DNA of 64,000 bases from Mobula hypostoma (taxonomy: Eukaryota): positions 45,448,001 to 45,512,000 of the forward strand of contig NC_086108.1 in NCBI RefSeq assembly GCF_963921235.1, in the 5' to 3' direction. Position numbers and translations under genes: made by a program. The notes under the pieces are model-generated. The model was not told the DNA's origin. It worked only from the letters and a program-made list of their open reading frames with translations, and ran no database searches. Each line of letters opens with the position of its first letter. Position 1 is the stretch's first letter. Shown here piece by piece: positions 62,615 to 64,000 of this stretch.

Positions 62615-64000
62615 ACATTAGTTGGGTCACATTGGGACCAATACTTTTGGCCCAAATAAGTGGCTGCCCCAATTAGCCAAAGTTTCATGGAAATAGCTAA
62701 AAAGATATAAACAAGCCAAACTACCGTTTAACCGAGTAACAAATTATGTACTTAAATACAGCAGTTGTTATAGCCAGGGCTGATAGCGGGGATAAGCTCT
62801 CACTACCTATTCAATGTTCCCAATGGCATGTATGTCAAACAGCTTCTGACAACTGAGTCCAGCTCCAGGCCTTCACTAAGCCCAGTGGAACCGTTCTGCT
62901 GACGGGAAAAGGGGCAAAGGAGGGTTACAAGCACTCTAAAACCAGTCACGTCGGGCAGCTGGAGATCACCAGCCGAGGCTGGTAGCTCATCTAGGAGAAG
63001 GAAATCCCTGATTTCATATATGAACTGGTGCTTTCCCAGCATGTATGATGAATAAACCCTTCTTGGGCTTCTAGTCGTGTACAGGTATCAATTAAAATTG
63101 ATATCTGTACCTGGCTGGAAGCCTGAGGAAAGTTTATTAGTCTGATCTCAAGCCTCCGCTGCCTGGCAGCTAGATCCACTCATAGGTAAAGCTTTGGGAA
63201 TAAATCCCAAGGAAACAACTAGAGCTGGAGTCCCTAAGGCAGTCCTACGTTGCGTTCAACACAGACTGGCAGCTCCTGTGATACCACTGTTTACCAAAAT
63301 CCGTCAGTTTCTGCCATTCCTTTGGATTCATCAGCTGCATGGATACAGGGAGCCTGCTACATGGGCAGAAGTCCATTCTCCATATTGTACTGCTTTGGCT
63401 TGTGTATCATGTAGACAGCTAGAACGCAATATGCATGGTTAACCCCAACTAATAGAGAGCCTCAAGATTTAAATGAAATATAGAACAAATTAGAACACTA
63501 CCAATACCACTACAGTACTATAAAACTGTCTATTAGTTATCAAAGGAAGAATTCATCCAGTATACACTGCCACATCCTTCTGAATGACGGTAAATGAACA
63601 AAATCAGTGCAGACACTTAGTGCAGATAATGAACTACCTTCATACATTCCTTTGATGATTGAATCCTCTAAATCTTCATTTTTATTGTAACATGAAAATG
63701 CTACAATGCTTGTTTTGCTGCAAAACAGTTCTGAGTGATCTTACTGCTTATTTCTTGCCAACTATCAGTGACAAAAATCGCTGCTCTTTGAAGACAAACA
63801 TGCAACTGAAGCTATTTAAAAATTGTTTGCTCTAATCCTGGTGTGGTGTACTTGTTTACTTCTTCTTTCAAGTATGATTCTACTACTAAACCATGTGTTT
63901 GGAACCTAAGATTTGTATTTTGATGGTGTGTTTTTGGGCTGATTGAGTGATCTGGTGCTTTGCTGTCTCTGAGGTGGTTTGGTGAGGTTTCAGAGTACAT
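62615..64000 (-). mobile_element. Probable Tigger/pogo-like DNA transposon remnant containing an RTE-derived insertion (~62770-63465)
   Basis: Terminal-like tgggtcacattgggacc...agtggctgccccaattagcc; 63890-63995 has a second copy at 52226. The inner segment differs in composition. Family calls are tentative. Confidence 0.4.

Overview
Eukaryotic, AT-rich, repeat-dominated DNA. The repeat repertoire (CR1 LINEs, Rex1/Babar LINEs, Neptune-type Penelope elements, V-SINE/HE1-like SINEs) suggests a cartilaginous fish; this is inference only. No intact transposon ORF is present. Main structures: (1) a nested retroelement stack at ~6.7-24.9 kb, where a decayed Gypsy element (LTR, tRNA-Trp PBS, gag-pro-RT-IN) is fused to a decayed class I endogenous retrovirus. 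The ERV has a gag-like segment, IN, a gamma-type env and a 3' LTR, but no visible protease/RT, and its gag-like segment holds a ~48-unit 40-bp minisatellite split by a young CR1. (2) A second two-LTR Gypsy at 28.8-37.6 kb with three levels of nested insertion. (3) Many Penelope-like fragments carrying minimal hammerhead ribozyme motifs. (4) Two near-identical inverted CR1 copies sharing an RT active-site FADD>FADN change. (5) A chain of phase-compatible candidate exons on the minus strand (~55.1, 46.8, 40.5, 27.6 and 3.4 kb) that may belong to an unidentified host gene. No CRISPR array, rRNA or true tRNA gene is supported. Boundaries are read by eye and are approximate unless a TSD is quoted.
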